32,055 bases of DNA from assembly GCA_016185955.1 (NCBI GenBank), contig JACPMQ010000006.1, forward strand, positions 1 through 32,055, in the 5' to 3' direction. The DNA comes from Candidatus Woesearchaeota archaeon (GTDB taxonomy: Archaea > Nanobdellota > Nanobdellia > Woesearchaeales > GW2011-AR4). Under the pieces are notes generated by a model. The model was not told where the DNA came from. It did not search any database and worked only from the letters and a program-made list of their open reading frames with translations. The translations under genes and the position numbers were made by a program. Shown one piece after another: positions 16,496 to 25,163 of the stretch (its first letter is position 1; each line of letters starts with the position of its first letter).

Positions 16496-18361
16496 TCAAT
16501 AATTCATCAGAATTTCCACATCTTTGCCAAAAATATTTTTAAGGTTTTCAAAAACAGCTTCCTTAATAAATATCTTAGGAGGTATTTCAACTTTAATTAG
16601 GGCTTTTTCAAGCTCTTCAAGAGAGCTTTTTTCTATGTTTCCCAAGCTGCCATCCTCTTTTATTTTAGCCTTGCTTATTTCCTTTTCCTCGTGGTCTATG
16701 TCATGTATAATAAAAGCTGTTTCTCCCAATAGCATAACTTCTCCGTATCTGTTGCCATGCTTTACCCTTATTTTAGCCCTTTCAAGATCTCTGCCCCGCT
16801 TCCTTTGCAAATATTCCACTAAGAACTTAATGAATTCATTCGAATCCTTTTTTACTTTTTCAATTTCAAATTTAGTAAGCTTTTTTTCATCATAGTCTTT
16901 TTTTGCCTTTGTTATTTCATTTAAGATTCTTAGGAATTTTACAGGCATTTTTCCTTCGCTTACAAGCTTGTCTTCAAAAACATTTATTATTCCTTCATCG
17001 CTTGTTTTCTCTATGCCCTCTAATCTCAAAACATCCCTTATTATGGTAATAACTGTTTCATAGATTCTTACCATATCTTCCTCTTCCTTTATTTTTTCTA
17101 TTTGTGTAAACAGCCTTTTGATTCTCTTGAGGTATTTGTCGCTTTCATTCAGCAATTCATCAATTTCCTTTCCGGTCATCTCTTTTTTTTCTCCATGCTC
17201 AATTGCTTTTCTTACTTCCACTACCTTCTCAAGAGTGTCCACATATTTATCTTCCAACAGCTTTTCTTTTTGCACAAATACTTCCCTCATTAATGCAGCA
17301 GTTTCCTTTGGCGCAGGCGGTGGAATTCCATGCAGCATTAAGGCTGCCTGGCTTGGAGTTAAAATCGCATAGTAAATATCTTCCATGCCTATGTCCTTAA
17401 GCTTTAGCTCCACTCTTTTCAGCATTTGCTCGCCGGAACCCATAAACATGTCTATGGCTTCTGCGCTTGGCTTTATTTTTCCCATTTTCAAAAGCTGCTT
17501 CCAAGCCATAAAAATTCCCCTGTCATAGAATGGAACACCATCCCTAAGCAAAGTAAAAATTATCGGATTTGCTTCTCTGAGGCTGTCCCAAAAATCTGTA
17601 AGGATGTAAACTTGTATGTTAAGCTTGTTTTTTATTCCCGTTAATTCGCCAGCTTCTATGCCTATGCCTATTATTATGGCTCTTAGCTTATCCTTTAATT
17701 CTGCCCTTGTCATCTTTTTAACATCGGTATCATCAATTACTATCCACACATCAATATCAGAAGTTGGGGTTGCGCGTCCCTGCACTAAAGAACCTGCAAG
17801 AACATAGCTCACAATATACTTTTCAAATTTTTTAATAATCATGCTTTTGTGGACTTCTGCAATTTTTATTGCAGCAAGCATGCCCCTGTCAAAAATACTC
17901 GCGGATAAAGCTATCAATTGCAATAAATCATATTTGGAGTCATAACAGTTTTGCCAAAGCTCTGACAATATTATTATCTGGGGCGTTAAGTTCTTGTCAA
18001 TTTCCTGCGCAGAAGTGTTTATTATCGCTGTAAGCTTGTCCTTTAACTCCAGCTTTGACATCTTTCTGCTGTCAGAATCATCAACTAAAACAAGCACATT
18101 TATCTTTTCCTTGTCCTCCGGCTTTTGCTCTTCGGGCTTTTGCGGAGGCAACAATGCTATTCCAACGATATACTTATCAAACTTTTCAAGAATATTTTTT
18201 TGAAATTTCTCAAGCTTTGTTTTTATTGCTGCCAGCTTTTCCTGCACATCCTTGGGAAGCTTGCCCAAAACTGCCTTTTCATCTGCAGGAGCGTTATCTG
18301 CATTAGTTTTCTCTTCCGGCTTTTTATTGTTATCCTCATATTTCTTGGGTTTTTTGCTCAT
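16496..18361 (-). CDS. Protein with tandem minimal-nucleotidyltransferase (Pol-beta fold) domains and a HEPN-like domain
   Basis: Two internally similar domains (KFDKYIV..VLVDD.D..KM / KFEKYIV..IVIDDTD..KM); the second has GS...DID; followed by YYAIL...AAL and RKAIEH. Confidence 0.75.
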   Translation of the reverse strand: MSKKPKKYEDNNKKPEEKTNADNAPADEKAVLGKLPKDVQEKLAAIKTKLEKFQKNILEKFDKYIVGIALLPPQKPEEQKPEDKEKINVLVLVDDSDSRKMSKLELKDKLTAIINTSAQEIDKNLTPQIIILSELWQNCYDSKYDLLQLIALSASIFDRGMLAAIKIAEVHKSMIIKKFEKYIVSYVLAGSLVQGRATPTSDIDVWIVIDDTDVKKMTRAELKDKLRAIIIGIGIEAGELTGIKNKLNIQVYILTDFWDSLREANPIIFTLLRDGVPFYDRGIFMAWKQLLKMGKIKPSAEAIDMFMGSGEQMLKRVELKLKDIGMEDIYYAILTPSQAALMLHGIPPPAPKETAALMREVFVQKEKLLEDKYVDTLEKVVEVRKAIEHGEKKEMTGKEIDELLNESDKYLKRIKRLFTQIEKIKEEEDMVRIYETVITIIRDVLRLEGIEKTSDEGIINVFEDKLVSEGKMPVKFLRILNEITKAKKDYDEKKLTKFEIEKVKKDSNEFIKFLVEYLQRKRGRDLERAKIRVKHGNRYGEVMLLGETAFIIHDIDHEEKEISKAKIKEDGSLGNIEKSSLEELEKALIKVEIPPKIFIKEAVFENLKNIFGKDVEILMNY

Positions 18362-18417
18362 CTCTAAAACTTTTCTTTGATTATTTATAAAGGTTTTGAT
18401 GGCTCAAAACAAAATTT

Positions 18418-19470
18418 CTAACCATACATATTATCAAATTCCTTGCTAAACTTTGAAGCTATAATCTTGTCGTAAATAATAAGAAAGTTCTCATCATTCT
18501 TATTAAACCCCGACAAAGTAAAATTTGGGCTTCCTGTTATCACAATTTTATCGTCTATGACAATAAACTTATGGTGCATGCTGTATTTGTTGCTGTCAGT
18601 TTTTATTTTTAGTCCAAAATCCTTTGCTCTTTGGTATTGGGAGCCCATGACATTTTTTTGCCTGTTTTCTGTCAAAATGGTTACATTAATCCCTCTTGAA
18701 TCCGCTTTGATTAGCTCGTCTGATATGGCTTCATGTGTAAAAGTAAAAGAAGCTACCCTTACAGATTCCTTGGCATTTCTTATTAAATCAAAAATCCTAT
18801 GCAAAGCCTCGGCATTTTTGTCTGGAGATGGCTCTGAACTGCAATCTTCCGGGCAAAAATAATTTTCCAGCGCAATTTTATCTGAGATTATTTTTTTGTA
18901 TTTTGTCTTTTTTCCGGAAGAGTATACTCCATTCCATAATTCTGTGAACTCATCTTCATAATTGCTCGCAATCAATCCGGATTTTACTGTTATAATGTTA
19001 TTATTGTTGAGATTGGCTTCCTTGATGGTTGGATTAAAACTTCCTGTCAATACTTTGCTGCTGTCAACAATGCAAAACTTATTGTGCATATACTGCTTTG
19101 AATTTGCAGTTTTTACGCCATTTCCCTTTATTTGCCCGTTATAGTTATTGCTGTCTATAACAATCTTGACGTCTAAAGTATGGCTCTTTTTCGCAAAAAT
19201 GCCTATTAAATTTTCCTGCTCAAGCTCAAAAAAAGCGCAATGCACAGAATAATTTGCATTGCTGATGAAATCCTCAATTATCTTGCTGCAATCCTCATTT
19301 GGACAAAAATATGCTCCTATGATTATTCCCTTTTCATAGTTTTTTTCATAGTTGTTTTCATAGTTTTCAACATGGTTGACATTAACAGCATTGCCGGTTA
19401 ATTTGCCGCAACCGCTAATTAAAAGGGCTAAAGTGCAGAAAATCATGATAAAATAACATAATTTAGCCAT
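18418..19470 (-). CDS. Phospholipase D-like nuclease with two HKD motifs, putative lipoprotein/secreted
   Basis: MHNKFCIVD..TGSFN and MHHKFIVID..TGSPN; N-terminal hydrophobic stretch ending LLISGC. Confidence 0.85.
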   Translation of the reverse strand: MAKLCYFIMIFCTLALLISGCGKLTGNAVNVNHVENYENNYEKNYEKGIIIGAYFCPNEDCSKIIEDFISNANYSVHCAFFELEQENLIGIFAKKSHTLDVKIVIDSNNYNGQIKGNGVKTANSKQYMHNKFCIVDSSKVLTGSFNPTIKEANLNNNNIITVKSGLIASNYEDEFTELWNGVYSSGKKTKYKKIISDKIALENYFCPEDCSSEPSPDKNAEALHRIFDLIRNAKESVRVASFTFTHEAISDELIKADSRGINVTILTENRQKNVMGSQYQRAKDFGLKIKTDSNKYSMHHKFIVIDDKIVITGSPNFTLSGFNKNDENFLIIYDKIIASKFSKEFDNMYG

Positions 19471-19614
19471 AATCAAACGAAAAATTTAAATATAAGTACT
19501 ATCTCTTAGTAATAATAGGATTAGACTATCGTTAAGTAATTAACGATAATCTATCACCTCTTTTTCCCTGGCGATGCCTAGTGCATTGCTAGGGTTTTAT
19601 AATACTAAGATAAA

Positions 19615-21399
19615 TTAAAGCCGTTTAGACCTCTTTTTACCGCGCTTTGAAATTTCTGCGGCAATAAAACCGATTGATATGCCGATAATAAACACTACCC
19701 ATAATTTAACATCAATTTTAGTAAAAATTTGTTTCTCATCCTTAAAGTATATATCCAAATTGCTTAATTCAAGGGCATATTCAGCGTATAACAACGCTGA
19801 AAATTGGTCTGAATCTTTAAGTGAAGTTGCATATTCAAAATAGCTGTACCCTAAAATAGGAAAAATTCCTTTTTCTATTTGCTCAACAAGGTTTCTCTCA
19901 ACAACATCAAGCTTTTGCTTTATCAAAATGTGGACATTTTCATTTTTAATGCCTAAAAGGCTTAATATAGCATCAACATTTGCCTTTGCCTTGCTCGCCC
20001 TAAAAAGGCAAAGCTCATAATTACTATCGTTTAAATCCTTATAAGCGTAATTCAGCTCTTTTCTTGTGCTTGCAAGATTTTGAGGCAAATAAAGCTGCAC
20101 ATACTGCAAGCGCTCTTCTACTTCAGAAAGCTTACTCTTGCACGCATTTCTTATTACCCCTCCATTAAAATCAAATTTTTTTCCCTCGCTGCCAAAAAAA
20201 GTGAACCATGAATATGCCGAGTTTAATCTTTCGATTGCATAAGCCAGATTACGCAGGCTTTCATTTTTATTATTCCAGTTATCATTTAAATTATTTAAAG
20301 GCACAATCACAATGTCAAGAAAGTCAGAAGCTTCTGTTAGCCTTTCCTTTACAATCATATAAGTTTCAATATCTGTTATTGTTTTTACATCAAGATTTTC
20401 AAGATTCTCAGTAAAATTTTTTATTTCCTCTCTTAAAGCATTAACTTTTTTTATTGCTTCTTCTTTTGTCAAATTTTGCTGCAATAACAGCAAGTAATTA
20501 AATTCCACATTGGCTCCGAAACAGTAGCTTGCAGACGAATAATACATATTATTGTTAAAGGAATCTTTGCCAATATTTGACAAGTTTATAGCATTTTCAA
20601 AAACTGATTTGGTTTTATTGTTTTTAGCAGCAGAAATCTCTTGCTTAAGTTTAGTGCTTCGTGAGCATAGCTGCACAGCAAGCATTTTCATCGTATCAAC
20701 ATAATCCTGGCTAATAGTAATGTTTGCCTTTTTTTCCCTGAATCTTTTTCCTGTAAACTCAAATATTGCGTCGTCAAGTGCAGGCACTTCTTTAACATCC
20801 AAATTGTATTTTGCCCTAAGCTCATTTAAGTCAGTGCTTTCATTTGTGCCTGTGTTTATGCTTGTATTCTTCCCATAGCTTTTGTTAATTGTTGTAAGCT
20901 CTCCAACCGGGATTAAAACTTTTTTTAATCCTGCTTTGCTGGCAGCCTCTATTTTTGCATTTAAAGCGCCTACAGGCCCTATTAAGCCGCCGGAGTTAAT
21001 GGTGCCTGTTATTGCTGTATTCTCGTCAAATTCCACATTTTTAATCAGTGAGAATGTAAGCACAGAAATTGCAGCTCCTGCAGAAGGTCCTGCTATAATT
21101 GAGGAATCAGCAGTGATTGTGTAAAAAAAATCATATTTATCACAATCTGCATCTGCAAAATCACATGCTATTTCCTTCGCAAACCTTGTAGAGACTTGTG
21201 TATCTACCTTGGTAAGAGGGAATGTCTCTAAAAAAACGCGGCCTGAGCCTTGCTTTACTTCAAGATAAAGCTCAGCAATTCCTCCTTTGTAGCCCTCTTC
21301 TGTTTCAGCAACTGCAAGAAGCTTCATATGCCCTTGTTTAGCATACACTATAGGGATTAATAGCAATAACCCAATAATCAAAAAAACAAATTTTTTCAT
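19615..21399 (-). CDS. Archaeal Lon-like (S16) serine protease, signal peptide and C-terminal membrane anchor
   Basis: GPSAG, ITGTINSGG.IGPVG...KI.AA (Ser-Lys dyad); no AAA+ Walker motifs seen. Confidence 0.85.
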   Translation of the reverse strand: MKKFVFLIIGLLLLIPIVYAKQGHMKLLAVAETEEGYKGGIAELYLEVKQGSGRVFLETFPLTKVDTQVSTRFAKEIACDFADADCDKYDFFYTITADSSIIAGPSAGAAISVLTFSLIKNVEFDENTAITGTINSGGLIGPVGALNAKIEAASKAGLKKVLIPVGELTTINKSYGKNTSINTGTNESTDLNELRAKYNLDVKEVPALDDAIFEFTGKRFREKKANITISQDYVDTMKMLAVQLCSRSTKLKQEISAAKNNKTKSVFENAINLSNIGKDSFNNNMYYSSASYCFGANVEFNYLLLLQQNLTKEEAIKKVNALREEIKNFTENLENLDVKTITDIETYMIVKERLTEASDFLDIVIVPLNNLNDNWNNKNESLRNLAYAIERLNSAYSWFTFFGSEGKKFDFNGGVIRNACKSKLSEVEERLQYVQLYLPQNLASTRKELNYAYKDLNDSNYELCLFRASKAKANVDAILSLLGIKNENVHILIKQKLDVVERNLVEQIEKGIFPILGYSYFEYATSLKDSDQFSALLYAEYALELSNLDIYFKDEKQIFTKIDVKLWVVFIIGISIGFIAAEISKRGKKRSKRL

Positions 21400-21448
21400 T
21401 TAACACCCCTATTAATAGAAAAAAGTGCAAGTTTAAAAAGGATTTTAT

Positions 21449-22069
21449 CTAAGCCTTGAGTCTTTTGTAGCCAAGCCATAGTAAAATAAATAAAACTATT
21501 CCTAAGATTATAAATCTTCCGTAGTCAGGCAAATCAGTCCAATATCTTATTGTCCCATAGATTATTGTTAAAATCGCGCCTCCCATTAATCCAGAGCTTA
21601 CGCTTGCTAATCTTAATGCAAACCCGATAATTAGAGCTATTATTCCAATTCCTGTCGCTACAATAAACACATTTCTGTTGTACTTTTCCCTTGCATTTTC
21701 AAATTCCTTCCTGCAATAAGAATACAAGTCACAGTAGCCTGCTTCTTCCATCTCCTTTTTTGTTTGGCATTTAAAAGTGATGTTTTGCCCGATTTCATTA
21801 ATTTTAACGCATAAATATTCGTTATTTATTGCCACTTTGTCTTCTACTAAAGCTGGCTTTTCAAATGGGTGTACTTTTTCAATATTGCTTGTCCACTTGC
21901 CCTTATTTGCTTCACAAACTTCTTTTGTTTTGATATTCACAAATCCCTTTTCCTCGCAGAAATTTTCATATTTAGGCTCTTTATAGAAAGATGCTATGCC
22001 AAATCCTACAAAAAATACAAATACTATTGAGATTGCAATTGCTAATAACACTTGCTTGAATCTTGACAT
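21449..22069 (-). CDS. Hypothetical membrane protein (N-terminal anchor, Cys-containing loop, about 3 C-terminal TM helices)
   Basis: Hydrophobicity pattern; six Cys in the loop including C.ANKGKW and GYCD...C. Confidence 0.75.
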   Translation of the reverse strand: MSRFKQVLLAIAISIVFVFFVGFGIASFYKEPKYENFCEEKGFVNIKTKEVCEANKGKWTSNIEKVHPFEKPALVEDKVAINNEYLCVKINEIGQNITFKCQTKKEMEEAGYCDLYSYCRKEFENAREKYNRNVFIVATGIGIIALIIGFALRLASVSSGLMGGAILTIIYGTIRYWTDLPDYGRFIILGIVLFILLWLGYKRLKA

Positions 22070-22154
22070 AAAAAAATAGATAGTGCAGTAATTTAAATAA
22101 TTATCTTTTTTCTATCGCTATTCGCGAGAATTTCGCAACAACCCTCTGTTCGTG

Positions 22155-22363
22155 GTAAATACTAACACCTCTTATTCTAAATATATATAGAACATTAAAG
22201 TGGCTGCTCCAAAATAAGGGGCGGTGGGCGGGCAGAAGAATGCTAATTGTGCTATCAAAATGGCGTGTATCTGTAAGATATTTTTATTATAAAAAAGAAT
22301 CAAGATGCGCCATTTTGCCTGTAGCGCGGCTCTGGAGCAGCCACTTATATTGTTAGCAGTTAC
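22155..22363. mobile_element. MITE-like element, copy 3: second subfamily sharing only the TIR (209 bp)
   Basis: GTAAATACTAACA...TGTTAGCAGTTAC; inner perfect IRs AAGTGGCTGCTCCA (22198-22211/22333-22346) and CAAAATGGCG (22256-22265/22308-22317). Confidence 0.75.
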
Positions 22364-22371
22364 AAAAAATC

Positions 22372-22670
22372 GTATCTGCTAACATAGATTTGTCCGAGAA
22401 GCAGGGTTTTTGCGAAAGTCTAATCCGTGCTTGTGCGGAGCCTTAACTTACCTCTCAGCTTCGCAACATTTCATGTTGCTCAGGTCGTTTATCACAATCT
22501 TAAGAAATTTTCTGAATTGGCAATTACAGCGGAGAACACAAATAATTTATTAAAATAGTTTGTGTTCTCTAGCATAGTGGCGCAATAATTATTGTTCCAT
22601 TATTTAGTTGCGCCACTATACGCACAAGCACTTAATTCGCAAAAACCCTTTATGTGGTGTTAGCAGTTAC
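22372..22670 (+). mobile_element. MITE-like element, copy 4 (299 bp; core plus two extra hairpin modules)
   Basis: GTATCTGCTAACA...TGTTAGCAGTTAC; core shared with 26119 and 31821 copies; 94-bp insert 22528-22621. Confidence 0.88.
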
Positions 22671-22732
22671 CATCAAACCAAAAATATAAATATCTCTTGT
22701 ATTAATGAGCAAAATATAAAGGAGTTATTTCA

Positions 22733-25150
22733 ATGAACAACAAAAAAGAGTTTATTATTTGGTTTAAGGATTTAACAATAGAAGATGTGCCTCTTGTCGG
22801 AGGAAAAAACGCTTCTTTAGGCGAAATGTACCGCAATCTTACAAAAAAGGGCGTTAGTGTTCCGAATGGGTTTGCTGTTACTGCTTATGCTTATAGATAT
22901 TTGCTAAAACAAGCAAAGGTCGAGAAACAAATAAGAGAAATTCTTTCAGATTTGGATACGCATGATATGCATAATCTTTCTGAGAGGGGCAGAAAGGTAA
23001 GGGAAATTATTTTAGAAGCAGAAATCCCAAAAGAATTGAAAAATGCTATAATTGGCTCTTATCATAAATTGTGCAAAGAAGATGGGCACGACATAGATGT
23101 AGCTGTGAGAAGCAGCGCAACGGCAGAAGACTTGCCTGATGCAAGCTTTGCAGGGCAGCAGGAAACTTACCTTAATATAAAAGGAGAGCATGCCTTGCTT
23201 GAGGCATGCAAAAAATGCTTCGCTTCTTTATTTACAAACAGAGCTATTTCTTATAGGGTTGATAAGGGCTTTGACCACTTTCAGATTGCCTTAAGCATTG
23301 GAATCCAAAAAATGGTAAGAAGCGATCTTGCAAGCTCCGGCGTAATGTTTTCTATAGATACTGAAACAGGCTTTAAGGATGCAGTTCTTGTTACAGGAGC
23401 TTATGGCTTAGGGGAAAATATTGTAAGGGGAACAGTAAATCCCGACCAGTTTTATGTATTTAAGCCAACACTAAAAAAAGGATTTAAGCCGATAATAAGC
23501 AAAAAGCTCGGGGCAAAACAGATAAAGATGATTTATGACAATTCCGGGGAAAAGCATACAACAAGGAATGTGGAAGTCTCTGAAGCTTACAGGAATAAGT
23601 TCTGCATAAATGACTTGGAAATATTGAAATTAGCGGAATGGGCTGTCATAATTGAGGAGCATTATTCAAAAAAAGCAAATAAGTTCAAGCCAATGGACAT
23701 AGAATGGGCTAAAGACGGCAAAACAGGAAAGCTGTTTATTGTTCAAGCAAGGCCAGAGACAGTCCAAAGCCAGAAAGATGTAAATATACTTGAAGAGTAT
23801 GTGCTAAAGGAAAAAGGCAATGTACTTATTACAGGCTTAAGCATTGGAAGCAAAATTGGCCAGGGAAAAGCGCATGTAATCAGGAATGTTAAGGATATTA
23901 GCGAGTTTAAACAAAATGAAGTTTTAGTGACAGAAATGACTGATCCTGATTGGGAGCCTGTGATGAAATCTGCTTCTGCAATTGTTACTAATAGGGGTGG
24001 AAAAACCTGCCATGCAGCTATCATAGCAAGAGAGCTTGGCATACCATGCGTAGTTGGCACGGGCTTTGGAACTGAAAAGATAAAAAATAATGGGAATGTT
24101 ACTGTAAGCTGCGCTGAAGGAAGCCAAGGCTATGTGTATGAGGGATTATTGAAATATAATATCAAAAAAACTGATTTAAAGAAACTAAAAAAGCCAAAAA
24201 CAAAAATAATGATGAATGTAGGCAATCCTGAGCAGGCTTTTGAATTGAGCTTTATTCCAAATGAGGGCATAGGGCTTGCGAGGCAAGAATTTATTATAAG
24301 CTCCTACATCAAAGTGCATCCATTGGCATTGCTTCATTTTGACAGCATACATGAGCATAGCATAAAAAATGATATTTTACATGTGCTAAAGGGGTATAAA
24401 AATGACAAGGCAAAATTTTTCATAGATAAGCTAGCAGAAGGCGCTGCTACTATTGCAGCTGCTTTTTATCCGAAAGATGTTATTATAAGGCTTTCAGATT
24501 TTAAAAGCAATGAATATGCTAACTTAATAGGCGGAAAATTATTTGAGCCTGTTGAAGACAATCCAATGCTCGGATGGAGAGGCGCATCACGCTATTATTC
24601 TGAAAAATACAATGAAGCTTTTGCTTTGGAATGCAAGGCTTTGAAGAAAGTCAGAGACATTATGGGATTGACAAACATAAAGATAATGGTTCCTTTCTGC
24701 AGGACTGTTGAGGAAGGAAAAAAGGTAATAAATGAAATGGAAAAGCACGGCTTAAAGCAGGGAAAAAATAATCTTGAGGTATATGTTATGTGCGAAATAC
24801 CCTCAAATGTTGTTTTGGCAGACGAATTCGCAAAAATATTTGACGGGTTTAGCATAGGAACAAACGACTTAACGCAGCTTACCCTTGGCTTAGACAGGGA
24901 TTCTGAGTTAGTATCACATATTTATGATGAAAACAACGAGGCTGTGAGAAGATTAGTTGCACAAGTTATAAAAATAGCTAAGAAGAATAAGAGGAAGATA
25001 GGCATTTGCGGTGATGCTCCTTCTTCAAGCCACGAATTTGCGAGATTTCTGGTAGAATGCGGCATTGACTCTATGTCATTAACACCGGATGCAGTAATAA
25101 AAACAATACTCATAGTTAATGAAGAAGAAAAAAAACTTAGAGGCCATTGA
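22733..25150 (+). CDS. ppsA: Phosphoenolpyruvate synthase
   Basis: VGGKNASLGEM, AVRSSATAED, TCHAAI phospho-His, NPMLGWRG, FSIGTNDLTQ. Confidence 0.96.
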   Translation: MNNKKEFIIWFKDLTIEDVPLVGGKNASLGEMYRNLTKKGVSVPNGFAVTAYAYRYLLKQAKVEKQIREILSDLDTHDMHNLSERGRKVREIILEAEIPKELKNAIIGSYHKLCKEDGHDIDVAVRSSATAEDLPDASFAGQQETYLNIKGEHALLEACKKCFASLFTNRAISYRVDKGFDHFQIALSIGIQKMVRSDLASSGVMFSIDTETGFKDAVLVTGAYGLGENIVRGTVNPDQFYVFKPTLKKGFKPIISKKLGAKQIKMIYDNSGEKHTTRNVEVSEAYRNKFCINDLEILKLAEWAVIIEEHYSKKANKFKPMDIEWAKDGKTGKLFIVQARPETVQSQKDVNILEEYVLKEKGNVLITGLSIGSKIGQGKAHVIRNVKDISEFKQNEVLVTEMTDPDWEPVMKSASAIVTNRGGKTCHAAIIARELGIPCVVGTGFGTEKIKNNGNVTVSCAEGSQGYVYEGLLKYNIKKTDLKKLKKPKTKIMMNVGNPEQAFELSFIPNEGIGLARQEFIISSYIKVHPLALLHFDSIHEHSIKNDILHVLKGYKNDKAKFFIDKLAEGAATIAAAFYPKDVIIRLSDFKSNEYANLIGGKLFEPVEDNPMLGWRGASRYYSEKYNEAFALECKALKKVRDIMGLTNIKIMVPFCRTVEEGKKVINEMEKHGLKQGKNNLEVYVMCEIPSNVVLADEFAKIFDGFSIGTNDLTQLTLGLDRDSELVSHIYDENNEAVRRLVAQVIKIAKKNKRKIGICGDAPSSSHEFARFLVECGIDSMSLTPDAVIKTILIVNEEEKKLRGH

Positions 25151-25163
25151 GAAGATATACCTA

